From positions 1 through 62,439 of the forward strand of contig JAEZFI010000045.1 of assembly GCA_023437745.1 (NCBI GenBank): 62,439 nucleotides of DNA. The letters are read 5' to 3'. This document shows positions 45,765 to 54,646 of this stretch, piece after piece (the first letter of the stretch is position 1; each line of letters opens with the position of its first letter). This DNA is from Actinomycetes bacterium (lineage in GTDB: Bacteria; Actinomycetota; Acidimicrobiia; Acidimicrobiales; Microtrichaceae). A program made the translations under genes and the position numbers. The notes under the pieces are model-generated. The model saw nothing but the letters and a program-made list of their open reading frames with translations. It searched no databases and had not been told where the DNA came from.

Positions 45765-46549
45765 CCTCGCAGGCGGAGCTCGAGGCGCCGACGGTCGCGG
45801 TGGCGGCGGTGGGCGACATCCACGTCGGGGAGGACAGCGTGCTCCCGGACCTCGACGACGTCGGCGAACGCGCCGACCTGCTGCTCCTCGCCGGGGACCT
45901 GACCCGATGCGGCGAGTCCTCGGAGGCGACGCGCCTCGCCGCCCTGCTCCGTGACGTCGCGATCCCCGTCGTCGCCGTGCTCGGCAACCACGACCACCAC
46001 GCGGAGCAGCCCGACGCGCTCGTCGCGACGCTCGAGGACGCGGGGGTCACCGTGCTCGAGCAGTCCGCGACGACGGTCGAGATCCGCGGCCTCACGGTGG
46101 GCGTCGCCGGTGCGAAGGGCTTCGCCGGGGGGATGGCCGACTTCGGGGTCTCGGCGTTCGGTGAGCCGGAGATGAAGGCGTTCGCCGCGCACGGCGGCGT
46201 GGCCAGCGACGGCGTGGCGGCCGCGCTCGCCGGGCTCGACACCGACGTGCGGCTGGTGCTGCTGCACTACTCGCCGATCCTCGCCACCCTCCAGGGTGAA
46301 CGGGCCGAGATCCTGGCGTTCATGGGGGACTACCGCCTCGCGGAGGCGATCGACGCCCACGGGGCCGATCTCGTCCTCCACGGGCACGCGCACCACGGCC
46401 GTGAACGCGGACGCACCCCCGGCGGCATCCCCGTCCGGAACGTGGCGTGGCCCGTGATCCGCTCGCCCTACCGCGTGTACGACGTGCCCGTCGGGGTCGG
46501 GTGGTCGGCGGCGGCGGCGGTCGGCGCAGGTCGACGGTTCTCGGCCTGA
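45761..46549 (+). CDS. Metallophosphoesterase
   Basis: 262 aa with an ATGA overlap upstream. GDIHVG, AGDLT, GNHDHH and HGHAHHG are the calcineurin-like motifs. Confidence 0.75.
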   Translation: MTSQAELEAPTVAVAAVGDIHVGEDSVLPDLDDVGERADLLLLAGDLTRCGESSEATRLAALLRDVAIPVVAVLGNHDHHAEQPDALVATLEDAGVTVLEQSATTVEIRGLTVGVAGAKGFAGGMADFGVSAFGEPEMKAFAAHGGVASDGVAAALAGLDTDVRLVLLHYSPILATLQGERAEILAFMGDYRLAEAIDAHGADLVLHGHAHHGRERGRTPGGIPVRNVAWPVIRSPYRVYDVPVGVGWSAAAAVGAGRRFSA

Positions 46550-46596
46550 GCCGAACGGGGGATGACCCCTAGGACCCGTCCCAGGAGGAATCCGAC

Positions 46597-47013
46597 ATGA
46601 CAGCGATCAGCGCCCTGATGACCCGCGAGCCGTGCTGCGTCTCACGAGGCACGACCCTGCGGGAGGCCGCCGAACGGATGCGCGACCTCGACGTGGGGGA
46701 CGTGCTCGTCGTGGAGGACGACCGCCTCGAAGGCATCATCACCGATCGCGACATCACGGTCAGGGCAGTGGCCGACGGGATGGACGTCGACGTCACCACC
46801 GTGGACGAGATCTGCTCGGGGGACCCGCTCACCGCATCGCCCGAGGAGGACGCCGAGGCGGTCGCGGACCGCATGCGCCAGGGGGCCGTGCGGCGGATCC
46901 CGGTGGTCGAAGGCGGCCGGCCGGTCGGCATCGTCTCGCTCGGGGACCTCGCCATCCGGATGGATCCGAGCTCTGCGCTCGCCGACATCTCGGAGGCGCC
47001 GGCCGACCGGTAG
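46597..47013 (+). CDS. CBS-pair protein, Hrp1-like (second copy)
   Basis: 138 aa; ATG follows CAGGAGGAA. LMTREP...GIITDRDITVR...RRIPVVEG...GIVSLGDLA. Confidence 0.85.
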   Translation: MTAISALMTREPCCVSRGTTLREAAERMRDLDVGDVLVVEDDRLEGIITDRDITVRAVADGMDVDVTTVDEICSGDPLTASPEEDAEAVADRMRQGAVRRIPVVEGGRPVGIVSLGDLAIRMDPSSALADISEAPADR

Positions 47014-47083
47014 CGCGCCCTCCGCGAGCACCCGGCAGCGCGCCTGCAGTTTCTCTGTCATCCGGCCGTCAGGGCTGGAATGA

Positions 47084-47110
47084 TGTTTGTCATCAGCGAA
47101 GGCAGGGGTA
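47084..47110 (+). promoter_or_regulatory. SigB/SigF-type promoter-like motif upstream of the sigma factor gene (GTTT-N17-GGGTAC)
   Basis: GTTT at 47084-47087 and GGGTAC at 47105-47110, 62 nt before ATG 47173. Confidence 0.55.
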
Positions 47111-47172
47111 CGCGCGGCCACAACGGGCCATCGGGACCGCACACATGGCGTGGGGTTCTCGCGGAGGCAGCG

Positions 47173-47922
47173 ATGAAGCCGACGGAGGAAGAGCAGAACG
47201 CGCTCTTCGACGCGTACTGGGAGTCCGGCCGTGCCATCCCGGCGCGTGACCGGATCATCGAGCGCTATCGCTACGTCGCGGACTACCACGCCGCACGCTT
47301 CCACCGCCCGGGCATCGAGACGGACGACCTCCGGCAGCTCGGCCTCCTCGCGATCCTGCGGGCGGTCGACCGGTTCGACCCCGGTCGCGGCGCGTCGTTC
47401 GCGACGTTCGCCGATCGGACCGTGGAGGGCGAGTGCAAGCGGTACCTCCGGGACCGCACGTGGCTGATCCGCCCGCCCCGCCGGCTGCACGACGCGCACC
47501 TCCGCGTGCGTTCGGCGGCCGACACGCTGACGTCGTCGCTCCACCGTTCGCCCACCGTGCCCGAGATCGCTGCCGAGCTGGGGTGGCGGGACGAGGACGT
47601 GCTCGAGGCCTTCGAAGTCTCCGATCTGCGCCATGGCGCGGACATCGACCTGCGAACCGGCCTGGACGGATGGGTCTACGAGCCGGCGGTGGACGACGAG
47701 GAGATGGAGCGGGCGACGGAGAACATGTGGCTGAAGGAGGCGCTGGACCGTGTCGACCCGTCGACGCGCGAGCTGGTGCTCCTGCGCTACTTCAAGGGTC
47801 GGAGCCAGGAGGACCTGGCGCAGGCGTACGGGGTCAGCCAGTCCTACATGTCGCGTCTCCTCCGACGGGCCGTCTCCCGCGTGCGTCAGGCGGGCGAGGT
47901 CGCGGTCGACGCCGCGTCGTGA
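47173..47922 (+). CDS. RNA polymerase sigma factor, SigB/SigF/SigG (group 3) family
   Basis: ATG 47173. Region 2 reads DDLRQLGLLAILRAVDRFDPGRGASFATFADRTVEGECKRYLRD and region 4 reads LRYFKGRSQEDLAQAYGVSQSYMSRLLRRA. Confidence 0.85.
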   Translation: MKPTEEEQNALFDAYWESGRAIPARDRIIERYRYVADYHAARFHRPGIETDDLRQLGLLAILRAVDRFDPGRGASFATFADRTVEGECKRYLRDRTWLIRPPRRLHDAHLRVRSAADTLTSSLHRSPTVPEIAAELGWRDEDVLEAFEVSDLRHGADIDLRTGLDGWVYEPAVDDEEMERATENMWLKEALDRVDPSTRELVLLRYFKGRSQEDLAQAYGVSQSYMSRLLRRAVSRVRQAGEVAVDAAS

Positions 47923-47967
47923 CGCGGCCCTCCGAGCCGACCGTCGGTCGCCGCAGCGATCGCCGCC

Positions 47968-47993
47968 GTTCTGCCTGCGCCACCCGCGGGTAG
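47968..47993 (+). promoter_or_regulatory. GTTC-N16-GGGTAG motif upstream of the carbamoyltransferase gene
   Basis: GTTC 47968-47971 and GGGTAG 47988-47993. The 32-nt leader contains GAGGAGGA before GTG 48026. Confidence 0.5.
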
Positions 47994-48025
47994 TCCACCC
48001 TCGATCCCTTCCGAGGAGGACCGCG

Positions 48026-49651
48026 GTGGCTGCTGTGCTCGGTCTCAACGCAGTGTTCCATGACCCGGCCGCGGCGCTGGTCGTCGACGGGACCGTCGTC
48101 GCCGCCGCCGAGGAGGAGCGCTTCAGCCGGCGGAAGCACGGCAAGGAGCCCGTGCCGTTCTCGACCTGGGAGCTGCCCGTGGCCGCGGCGACGTGGTGCC
48201 TCGAGGCCGCGGGCATGGAGGCAGCCGATCTCGACGCCATCGCCTACTCGTACGATCCGTCGCTGGCCCCGCCCGCGTCGGAGGATCTGACGGCGAGCGA
48301 ATGGGAGCCGTTGCGGACGCTGTTCGTCCGCCGTGCGCCCCACTTCGTGGCGTCGGCCTTCCCGGGGTCCGAGCGCGTCCCGTTCCGCCACGTCGCCCAC
48401 CACGTCGCGCACGCGGCGTCGGCGTACCTCGGCGGGCCGCACCGCGACTGCGCCGTGCTGGTCGCCGATGGGCGTGGTGAGCGCCACTCGATGCTCGGCG
48501 GGGACGTGGTCGACGGCGCGTTCACGCCGCTCTTCAGCCAGGAGCTGCCGCACTCCCTGGGCTTGCTGTACGAGGAGCTGACCGTCCACTGCGGGTTCCA
48601 CCGTTCGAGCGACGAGTACAAGGTGATGGCGCTGGCGTCGTACGGCACACCGCGGTGGCTCGACGACTTCCGCGAGCTCGTCACCGCCGTGCCGGACGGC
48701 GGCGTCCACACGTCGCCGGTCGACTTCGGCCGATGGGTGCCGAAGGCGACGCAGGGGCCCGGGCAGGGTCACATGGACCTCGCCGCCTCCGTGCAGCGGC
48801 GCCTGGAGGAGGTCCTCCTCGAGACCGGGAGCTGGTTGCACGAGCGAACGGGTCACGACGCCCTGGTGATGGCGGGCGGCGTCGCTCTGAACTGCGTCGC
48901 CAACGAGGTGCTCTGGCGCTCGGGGCCGTTCCGCGACGTGTGGGTGCAACCGGCCGCCGGCGATGCGGGCACCGCGCTCGGCGCAGCGATGTACGTGTCG
49001 GCGGAGCTGGGCGACGACCCCGCCCCCATGGCGACCGCGGCGTTGGGGCGGAGCTGGTCCGACGCAGAGGTCGAGCAGGTGCTCCGCCGGGCGCACGTGC
49101 CCTACGAGCGGCCTCTCGACCTGGCGGGTGCCGTGGCGGACTGCCTGGCCACCGACCACGTCGTCGCATGGTTCCAGGGGGCGAGCGAGTTCGGGCCTCG
49201 TGCGCTCGGTCACCGGAGCCTCCTGGCCGACCCGCGTCCGGCGGGCAACCTCGACCGCTTGAACGACATCAAGGGCCGCGAGGAGTTCCGGCCCGTCGCA
49301 CCGATGGTCACGTTGGAGCGGGCGTCGGAGATCTTCGACGGGCCGATCCCGAGCCCGCACATGCTGTTCGTGCATCGGGTGCGCGACGGCTGGCGCGAGC
49401 GGATCCCGGCGGTCGTGCACGTGGACGGCACCGCCCGCGCCCAGACGGTCGACCGGGCACAGGAGCCGCTGATGGCGTCCGTGCTGGACGGCTTCGACGC
49501 TCGCACCGGCGTGCCGGTGGTCGTCAACACCAGCTTTAACACGGCAGGCCGCCCGATGGTCGACAGCCCGTCGGACGCCCTGGAGTGCTTCGGCAGCAGT
49601 CCGATCGACGTGCTGGCACTCGGTCCGTTCCTCGTCCACCGTCGGAGGTAG
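48026..49651 (+). CDS. Carbamoyltransferase (NodU/CmcH family)
   Basis: GTG 48026 follows GAGGAGGA. VLGLNAVFHDPAAALVVDG...EEERFSRRKH...HHVAHAASAY...VVNTSFN is typical of the family. Confidence 0.85.
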   Translation: MAAVLGLNAVFHDPAAALVVDGTVVAAAEEERFSRRKHGKEPVPFSTWELPVAAATWCLEAAGMEAADLDAIAYSYDPSLAPPASEDLTASEWEPLRTLFVRRAPHFVASAFPGSERVPFRHVAHHVAHAASAYLGGPHRDCAVLVADGRGERHSMLGGDVVDGAFTPLFSQELPHSLGLLYEELTVHCGFHRSSDEYKVMALASYGTPRWLDDFRELVTAVPDGGVHTSPVDFGRWVPKATQGPGQGHMDLAASVQRRLEEVLLETGSWLHERTGHDALVMAGGVALNCVANEVLWRSGPFRDVWVQPAAGDAGTALGAAMYVSAELGDDPAPMATAALGRSWSDAEVEQVLRRAHVPYERPLDLAGAVADCLATDHVVAWFQGASEFGPRALGHRSLLADPRPAGNLDRLNDIKGREEFRPVAPMVTLERASEIFDGPIPSPHMLFVHRVRDGWRERIPAVVHVDGTARAQTVDRAQEPLMASVLDGFDARTGVPVVVNTSFNTAGRPMVDSPSDALECFGSSPIDVLALGPFLVHRRR

Positions 49652-49754
49652 CGGTCGGGGGACCCTCGAACCTCGAAAGGCCGTGAACCCGGCCGGAAGT
49701 CGGTGCCCCGCCACCGCCTTCCGGCCAGGTTCGGCAGTCGACGCTCGCGTCAGC

Positions 49755-50471
49755 TCAGGGCCAGGAGCCCTCGGTGTCGGGGCACACGACCAGCTCCCGC
49801 ACCTCGCAGCCCGGCGGCTGGTCGAGGGCGAAGGCGATCGACGCCGCCACCACCGCGGGATCGTTCAGGTGGGCGTCCGGGCCGGGCCGGTACTGCTCCG
49901 TCCGCCCGTCGAAGAAGGCGGTGCGCATCCCGCCCGGGATGAGCGTGGTGACCCCGACGGTGCCCGCCTCCTCCACCGCGAGGCACCGGGAGAACGCGAG
50001 GACGCCGGCCTTCGACGCGCAGTAGGCGCTGGCGTCGCCCAGCGAGCGCAGGGCGAGCGTCGATGCGACCGTCACGACCCTGCCCCGCGATGCCCGGAGG
50101 GCCGGGAGCGCGGCGCGGACCGTGGCGGCGAGGCCGATGAGGTTGACCTGGATGACCCGCTCCCACGCCTCGGACGGCACCGAGCCCAGCGCTCCGCACG
50201 CGTCGGTCCCCGCCGCGCAGACGAGCGCGTCGAGGCCACGCCCCTCGGTCCAGCTCCGGACTGCGTCCTCGGCGCGCCGGGCGTCGGTGAGGTCGACGGC
50301 CAGGTACTCCAGGTCGCCGTTCGGCGGGTCACGGTCGAGGACCGCGACCTCCCAGCCGCGCCGGCCCAGCAGGTCGACGCATGCGGCGCCCAGGCCCGAC
50401 GACCCCCCGGTGACGAGCGCTCGCCGGGGGATCGGGTTCTCTTCGCTCACGGTGGCACCTCCATGGTTCAT
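49755..50471 (-). CDS. Short-chain dehydrogenase/reductase (classical SDR)
   Basis: ALVTGGSSGLG is the cofactor motif and YCASKAG is the catalytic YxxxK. ATG 50471 makes an ATGA overlap with the hldE stop. GTG 50450, which follows GGAGG, is an alternative start. Confidence 0.8.
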   Translation of the reverse strand: MNHGGATVSEENPIPRRALVTGGSSGLGAACVDLLGRRGWEVAVLDRDPPNGDLEYLAVDLTDARRAEDAVRSWTEGRGLDALVCAAGTDACGALGSVPSEAWERVIQVNLIGLAATVRAALPALRASRGRVVTVASTLALRSLGDASAYCASKAGVLAFSRCLAVEEAGTVGVTTLIPGGMRTAFFDGRTEQYRPGPDAHLNDPAVVAASIAFALDQPPGCEVRELVVCPDTEGSWP

Positions 50472-51844
50472 CCCGTTGCGCCCTGCGCGCTGTGCTCGAT
50501 CAGACGGGACGTGCTGCGTCCCGAGACGTACGGGACCACGACGACCTCGCCACCCCACTCCGCCACGGTGGCGCGCTCGGGGATCGACAGCGGTGAGTGG
50601 TAGTCGCCGCCCTTCACGAACACGTCGGGTCGGAGGCGTCGGAGCGTCTCGACGGGAGTGGGCTCGTCGAAGACCACGACGGCGTCCACGTCCGACATCG
50701 CTCGGAGCACCGAGGCGCGGTCCTCCTGGCCGACCACCGGACGTCCCGGACCCTTGAGATCCGTGACGGAGCGGTCCGAGTTGAGCAGCACGACCAGGCA
50801 GTCGCCCAGCCGCGCAGCAGCACGGATCAGCTCGACGTGGCCGACGTGGATCAGGTCGAAGCAGCCGCCCGTGGCCACCACGACGCCCCCGGCGGCGCGG
50901 ACCCGTCGCACGACGCTCTCGGCATCCTCGCCGGACCGGCCACCGCCCGGGGTCGCCTCCAGAGCGGCGACGCCACCGAGCGCGACGAGCTCGCCCGCCC
51001 GGTGCACGGCGCGGACGACGGCGTCCGAGAGCAGCAGCCCGCTGCCGAGGCACACGGCGAGCTCCCCGGCGAAGCAGTCACCGGCCCCACACGCGTCGCC
51101 CACGACAGGGTGCCCCGTGACGGCGAGGGGCGGGATGCCCTCCTCCACGACGAGGGCACCCTCGTCTCCGCAGGTGAGCGCGACGGCACCCGCACCCGTG
51201 GACGCCCGCAGTCGACGCGCGGCATCGATGCGGCGGGCCATCGGCGACCGGCCGGACGGGCTTCCCTCATCGGCCGTCATCGCGGCGAGCTCGGCCAGGT
51301 TGGGGGTGAGCACCCGTGCGCCGGGCAGCGGCGGGGCCCCTCGCGGGTGCGGATCCCACACCACGGGCGCCGTGCCCTGCAACGCCTTCCTGAGCAGCGG
51401 GTGGCGCAGGAGCCCGAGCCCGTAGTCCGAGGCGAGGACGACGTCCGCGCCTCCACCGACGCGGTCGAGCGAACCGACGACCTGCAGCTCGGGCGGCGTT
51501 GCCGCCCGGTCCACCCTCGTCACGGTGGTGCGGTCGACGCGGATGCGCGTCTTGATCCCCGTGACCCCTTCGCCCTGTGCGAGGTCGACCACCTCGACGC
51601 CGTGCCGAGTCGTCCAGCGCCGCACCTCGTCACCCGCCCGGTCCGGCGCGAGTGCCGTGGCGAGGGTGACCTGCGCACCCGCGCGCTGGGCCAGCACCGC
51701 GGTCAGCGCGGCGCCGCCCCCTCGTCGCGTGGTGTGCGCCTGCGTGACCACCGGCACCGGACCGTCGGGCGAGAGCCGATCCGCTGCCCCCGACACGTCG
51801 ACGTCCAGGAACGCATCGCCGACGACGAGCACCCGAGGCGTCAC
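50468..51844 (-). CDS. hldE: Bifunctional D-beta-D-heptose 7-phosphate kinase / D-beta-D-heptose 1-phosphate adenylyltransferase
   Basis: GTG 51844 has a GTGA overlap with the gmhA stop. The N-terminus is a ribokinase-like domain (VLVVGDAFLD...GAGDCF). The C-terminus is cytidylyltransferase-like (GGCFDLIHVGHVELI). Confidence 0.85.
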   Translation of the reverse strand: MTPRVLVVGDAFLDVDVSGAADRLSPDGPVPVVTQAHTTRRGGGAALTAVLAQRAGAQVTLATALAPDRAGDEVRRWTTRHGVEVVDLAQGEGVTGIKTRIRVDRTTVTRVDRAATPPELQVVGSLDRVGGGADVVLASDYGLGLLRHPLLRKALQGTAPVVWDPHPRGAPPLPGARVLTPNLAELAAMTADEGSPSGRSPMARRIDAARRLRASTGAGAVALTCGDEGALVVEEGIPPLAVTGHPVVGDACGAGDCFAGELAVCLGSGLLLSDAVVRAVHRAGELVALGGVAALEATPGGGRSGEDAESVVRRVRAAGGVVVATGGCFDLIHVGHVELIRAAARLGDCLVVLLNSDRSVTDLKGPGRPVVGQEDRASVLRAMSDVDAVVVFDEPTPVETLRRLRPDVFVKGGDYHSPLSIPERATVAEWGGEVVVVPYVSGRSTSRLIEHSAQGATG

Positions 51845-52464
51845 GTGCCCGGACCCGTCTCGTCGTCGGGCTCCATGCCGCTCAGTTCGCCGTCCAGCGC
51901 CGCGCACAGCAGGTGGATGAGGACCTGGTGGCCCTCCTGGATGTGCGAGGTCGCCCGGGCATCGACCCGGATCGACCGTTCGCACGCCTGCGCCAAGGGT
52001 GAGTCGCCCGGGCCGATCAGACCCCAGGGATGCGCGCCCGACGCCGTCGCCTGCGCAGCTGCGGCCACCAGGTTCGGGCTGCGACCCGACGTGGAGAGCA
52101 GCACGACGACGTCGCCGGGCCGTGCGTGCGCGGCCACCTGACGCTCGATCATGTGCTCGAAGCCGTAGTCGTTCCCCAGCGCGGTCACCACCGCGGGGTC
52201 GGTCACGAGCGACACGGCGGGCAGCGCCGTCCGCTCGCCCTCGAACCGCCCGACGATCTCCGCCACGAGGTGTCCCGACTGGGCCGCCGAGCCCCCGTTC
52301 CCCGCAGCGAGCAGCCTGCCGCCCGCGCCGAACGTCCCAGCGAGCAGCGAGGCCCAGGCAGCGATCTCGTCGACGTGCTGCTCGAGCGACGCCACGGCGT
52401 CGACGGAGCCGTGCAGCCGCGCCCGCAGGTCTCCGGTCGTCGAGGGGCGGTGGTCCGTGATCAC
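51841..52464 (-). CDS. gmhA: D-sedoheptulose 7-phosphate isomerase (SIS domain)
   Basis: GTG 52464 has a GTGA overlap upstream. GNGGSAAQSGHLVAE...NDYGFE...LSTSGRSPN are the GmhA-type SIS motifs. Confidence 0.8.
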   Translation of the reverse strand: MITDHRPSTTGDLRARLHGSVDAVASLEQHVDEIAAWASLLAGTFGAGGRLLAAGNGGSAAQSGHLVAEIVGRFEGERTALPAVSLVTDPAVVTALGNDYGFEHMIERQVAAHARPGDVVVLLSTSGRSPNLVAAAAQATASGAHPWGLIGPGDSPLAQACERSIRVDARATSHIQEGHQVLIHLLCAALDGELSGMEPDDETGPGT

Positions 52465-53693
52465 GACCGCGCCCCCTCGGACACGTTCGCCATGGCCGTC
52501 AACTGGTAGGCCTGCTCCACCTGCTCGGCGATCACGTCCCACGAGTACTGCTCCCGGCCGCGAGCCGCCCCGGCTGTCCCGAGGCGGTGGCGGAGCAGCG
52601 GGTCGGCCGCCAGCCGTGCGATCGACCTGGCGAGCGCAGCCGGGTTGCGGGGTGGCACGACGAGACCGGTCACCTCGTCGACCACCGAGTCGACCAGCCC
52701 GCCGACGGCCGACACGACCACGGGCCGCCCGGACGCCATGATCTCGATCGGCACGATCCCGAAGGGCTCGTACCACGGCACGCACACGGCGAGGTCGTGC
52801 GCGGCGATCACCTGCGGGACCTCCTCCCGCGCCACGCGGCCGACGAAGCGCACGCGATCCGCGACGCCCAGGCGCTCGGCCAGCCCCGACAGGCGGCAGA
52901 CCTCGGGGTCGAGGGACAGCGCGTCGGGGGTCGGTCCGCCGGCCACCGTGAGCTCGACGTCGCGCACGGCCGCCACGGCCCGGATCACGTCATCGACGCC
53001 CTTGCGGGGGACGAGGCGCCCCAGCGACAGCACGCGCAGGCGGTCGTGGCGGATCGGCCGCTTCGGGGTGAAGGCGCCGTGGTCGACACCGCAGGGGACG
53101 ACCGAGATCCGGTTGGGGTCGGCGCCAAGGTCGACGAGCTCGCGCACCTCGTCCTGGCAGGTGGCGATCACTCGGTCGACCGAGTGCAGGAGCTGGGACT
53201 CGACGGCCAGGCGGTTGGGTGGCGAGGTGTCGGCGGCGCCCTGGTGGCGACGCTTGACCACCCCGAGGGCGTGGAAGGTGTGCGCGACGGGCAGGTGGTG
53301 CCGCTGTGCCGCCTGCACCGCGGCGTAGCCCGACATCCAGAAGTGCGAGTGGACCACGTCGGGTGGCGACTCGGCCCAGACCTGGGCGAGGCCGTCGGCG
53401 AACGTGTCCATGTAGGGGAACAGCTCGTCCTTCGGCACCTCGGCCGGAGGGCCGGCGGCGACGTGGTGGACGGTGACGCCGGGGGCCAGCTCGACCCGGT
53501 CGGGGAGCACGGTGCTGTCCCGCCGGGTGTGCACCACCACCTCGGCGCCGCGCCGGGCGAGCCTCGTGGCGAGCTCCGCGACCACCACGTTCTGGCCGCC
53601 GGCGTCCTCACCGCCGAGGACGGCGAGCGGACTCGCGTGCTCGGAGACCATGTCGATCCGGTGGATGCCGCGGGCGAATGATGCATCCGTCAT
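52461..53693 (-). CDS. GT4-family glycosyltransferase (MshA-like architecture)
   Basis: ATG 53693 has an ATGA overlap upstream. GGQNVVVAELA...HSHFWMSG...EPFGIVPIEIMASGRPVV is the GT-B retaining-type pattern. Confidence 0.85.
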   Translation of the reverse strand: MTDASFARGIHRIDMVSEHASPLAVLGGEDAGGQNVVVAELATRLARRGAEVVVHTRRDSTVLPDRVELAPGVTVHHVAAGPPAEVPKDELFPYMDTFADGLAQVWAESPPDVVHSHFWMSGYAAVQAAQRHHLPVAHTFHALGVVKRRHQGAADTSPPNRLAVESQLLHSVDRVIATCQDEVRELVDLGADPNRISVVPCGVDHGAFTPKRPIRHDRLRVLSLGRLVPRKGVDDVIRAVAAVRDVELTVAGGPTPDALSLDPEVCRLSGLAERLGVADRVRFVGRVAREEVPQVIAAHDLAVCVPWYEPFGIVPIEIMASGRPVVVSAVGGLVDSVVDEVTGLVVPPRNPAALARSIARLAADPLLRHRLGTAGAARGREQYSWDVIAEQVEQAYQLTAMANVSEGARS

Positions 53694-54646
53694 GACGAAA
53701 CCTCCTTCAGCACCTCGTCCCAGTCCTGCAGGAACCGCGTCAGCGCGAATCGGGTGCGGACGGCCTCGCGGGCGAGGCTGCCCTCCTCCGTGGCGCGCTC
53801 CGGTGCGACCAGGTAGTCCCGGTACCGCTCGTGCAACTGCCCCACGTCGCTCGCGACGAGACCACCGCCGTTCGGCACCACCGACGGCGCCTCCGTCGCC
53901 GCGACGGCGAGGGGTGGGACGCCCAGCATCATCGACTCGAGGAGCGACAGGCCGAGCGACGTCCACCGGTTGAGGTGGAGGTAGCACCGGCGACGAGCGA
54001 CCTCCCGGTGCAGTTCGGGGTGGGTGAGATCCCCGCGGGGCGCCACGCCCTCGACGCAGTCGGCGACGTCGTCGTTGCCCATCCCGTAGAGGTCGACCGG
54101 GGCGATCCTGGCGAACCCGTCGAGGAGGTCGGTCCCGACCAGGCGCCAGCGACGCACCGCCTCGTTGATCACCGCGGCGGCGGCCGGGACCTCGCCCGAG
54201 TAGCGGTGACCCGGGTCGGGGATCCCGTGCTCCACCACGGTGCTCGGCGTCGCGCCGACGTCCCACAGCAGCGCGTTGTGGTGCGTGACGTGGACGACGA
54301 GGAGCTCCGGCCGATCCGCGGCCCAGTGCCGCATCTCGGCGATGTCGCCCCTCGGCATGTTGTGCTCGAGGACCACGGTGGGGACGTCGATCCCGGGTCG
54401 GAGTCCGAACCAGTCCTCGACCAGTGAGGTCAGCTCGACCGGCCGCTGGACCACCACGACGTCCGGGCGGGCGTACGGGGCGCGCTCCCGTGTGACCTCC
54501 TGCGCCGAGGCAGGCCACGTCCAGGTGGCCGCTCGACCTCGACCGTCGGCGTCCCGCTGCGGGTTCGCCGGGATCAGGTAGTCGTGGGAGCCCTGGACGA
54601 ACGCTGTCGTCCACGACCCGTGCTGATGCCAGATCGCCACCCTCAT
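53690..54646 (-). CDS. Glycosyltransferase (GT1/GT4-like C-terminal domain)
   Basis: ATG 54646 has an ATGA overlap upstream. 318 aa. SLGLSLLESMMLGVPPLAVA is the nucleotide-sugar-binding block. Confidence 0.65.
   Translation of the reverse strand: MRVAIWHQHGSWTTAFVQGSHDYLIPANPQRDADGRGRAATWTWPASAQEVTRERAPYARPDVVVVQRPVELTSLVEDWFGLRPGIDVPTVVLEHNMPRGDIAEMRHWAADRPELLVVHVTHHNALLWDVGATPSTVVEHGIPDPGHRYSGEVPAAAAVINEAVRRWRLVGTDLLDGFARIAPVDLYGMGNDDVADCVEGVAPRGDLTHPELHREVARRRCYLHLNRWTSLGLSLLESMMLGVPPLAVAATEAPSVVPNGGGLVASDVGQLHERYRDYLVAPERATEEGSLAREAVRTRFALTRFLQDWDEVLKEVSS

Noticed and set aside
28599-46549. The idea that the DHH phosphoesterase, the two metallophosphoesterases and the two CBS proteins form a c-di-AMP-type signalling set.
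   Set aside because: No diadenylate cyclase (DAC) domain is visible in the window, and the DHH protein lacks an obvious DHHA1 or GGGH context that I can verify by eye. The idea is too speculative to report as a finding.
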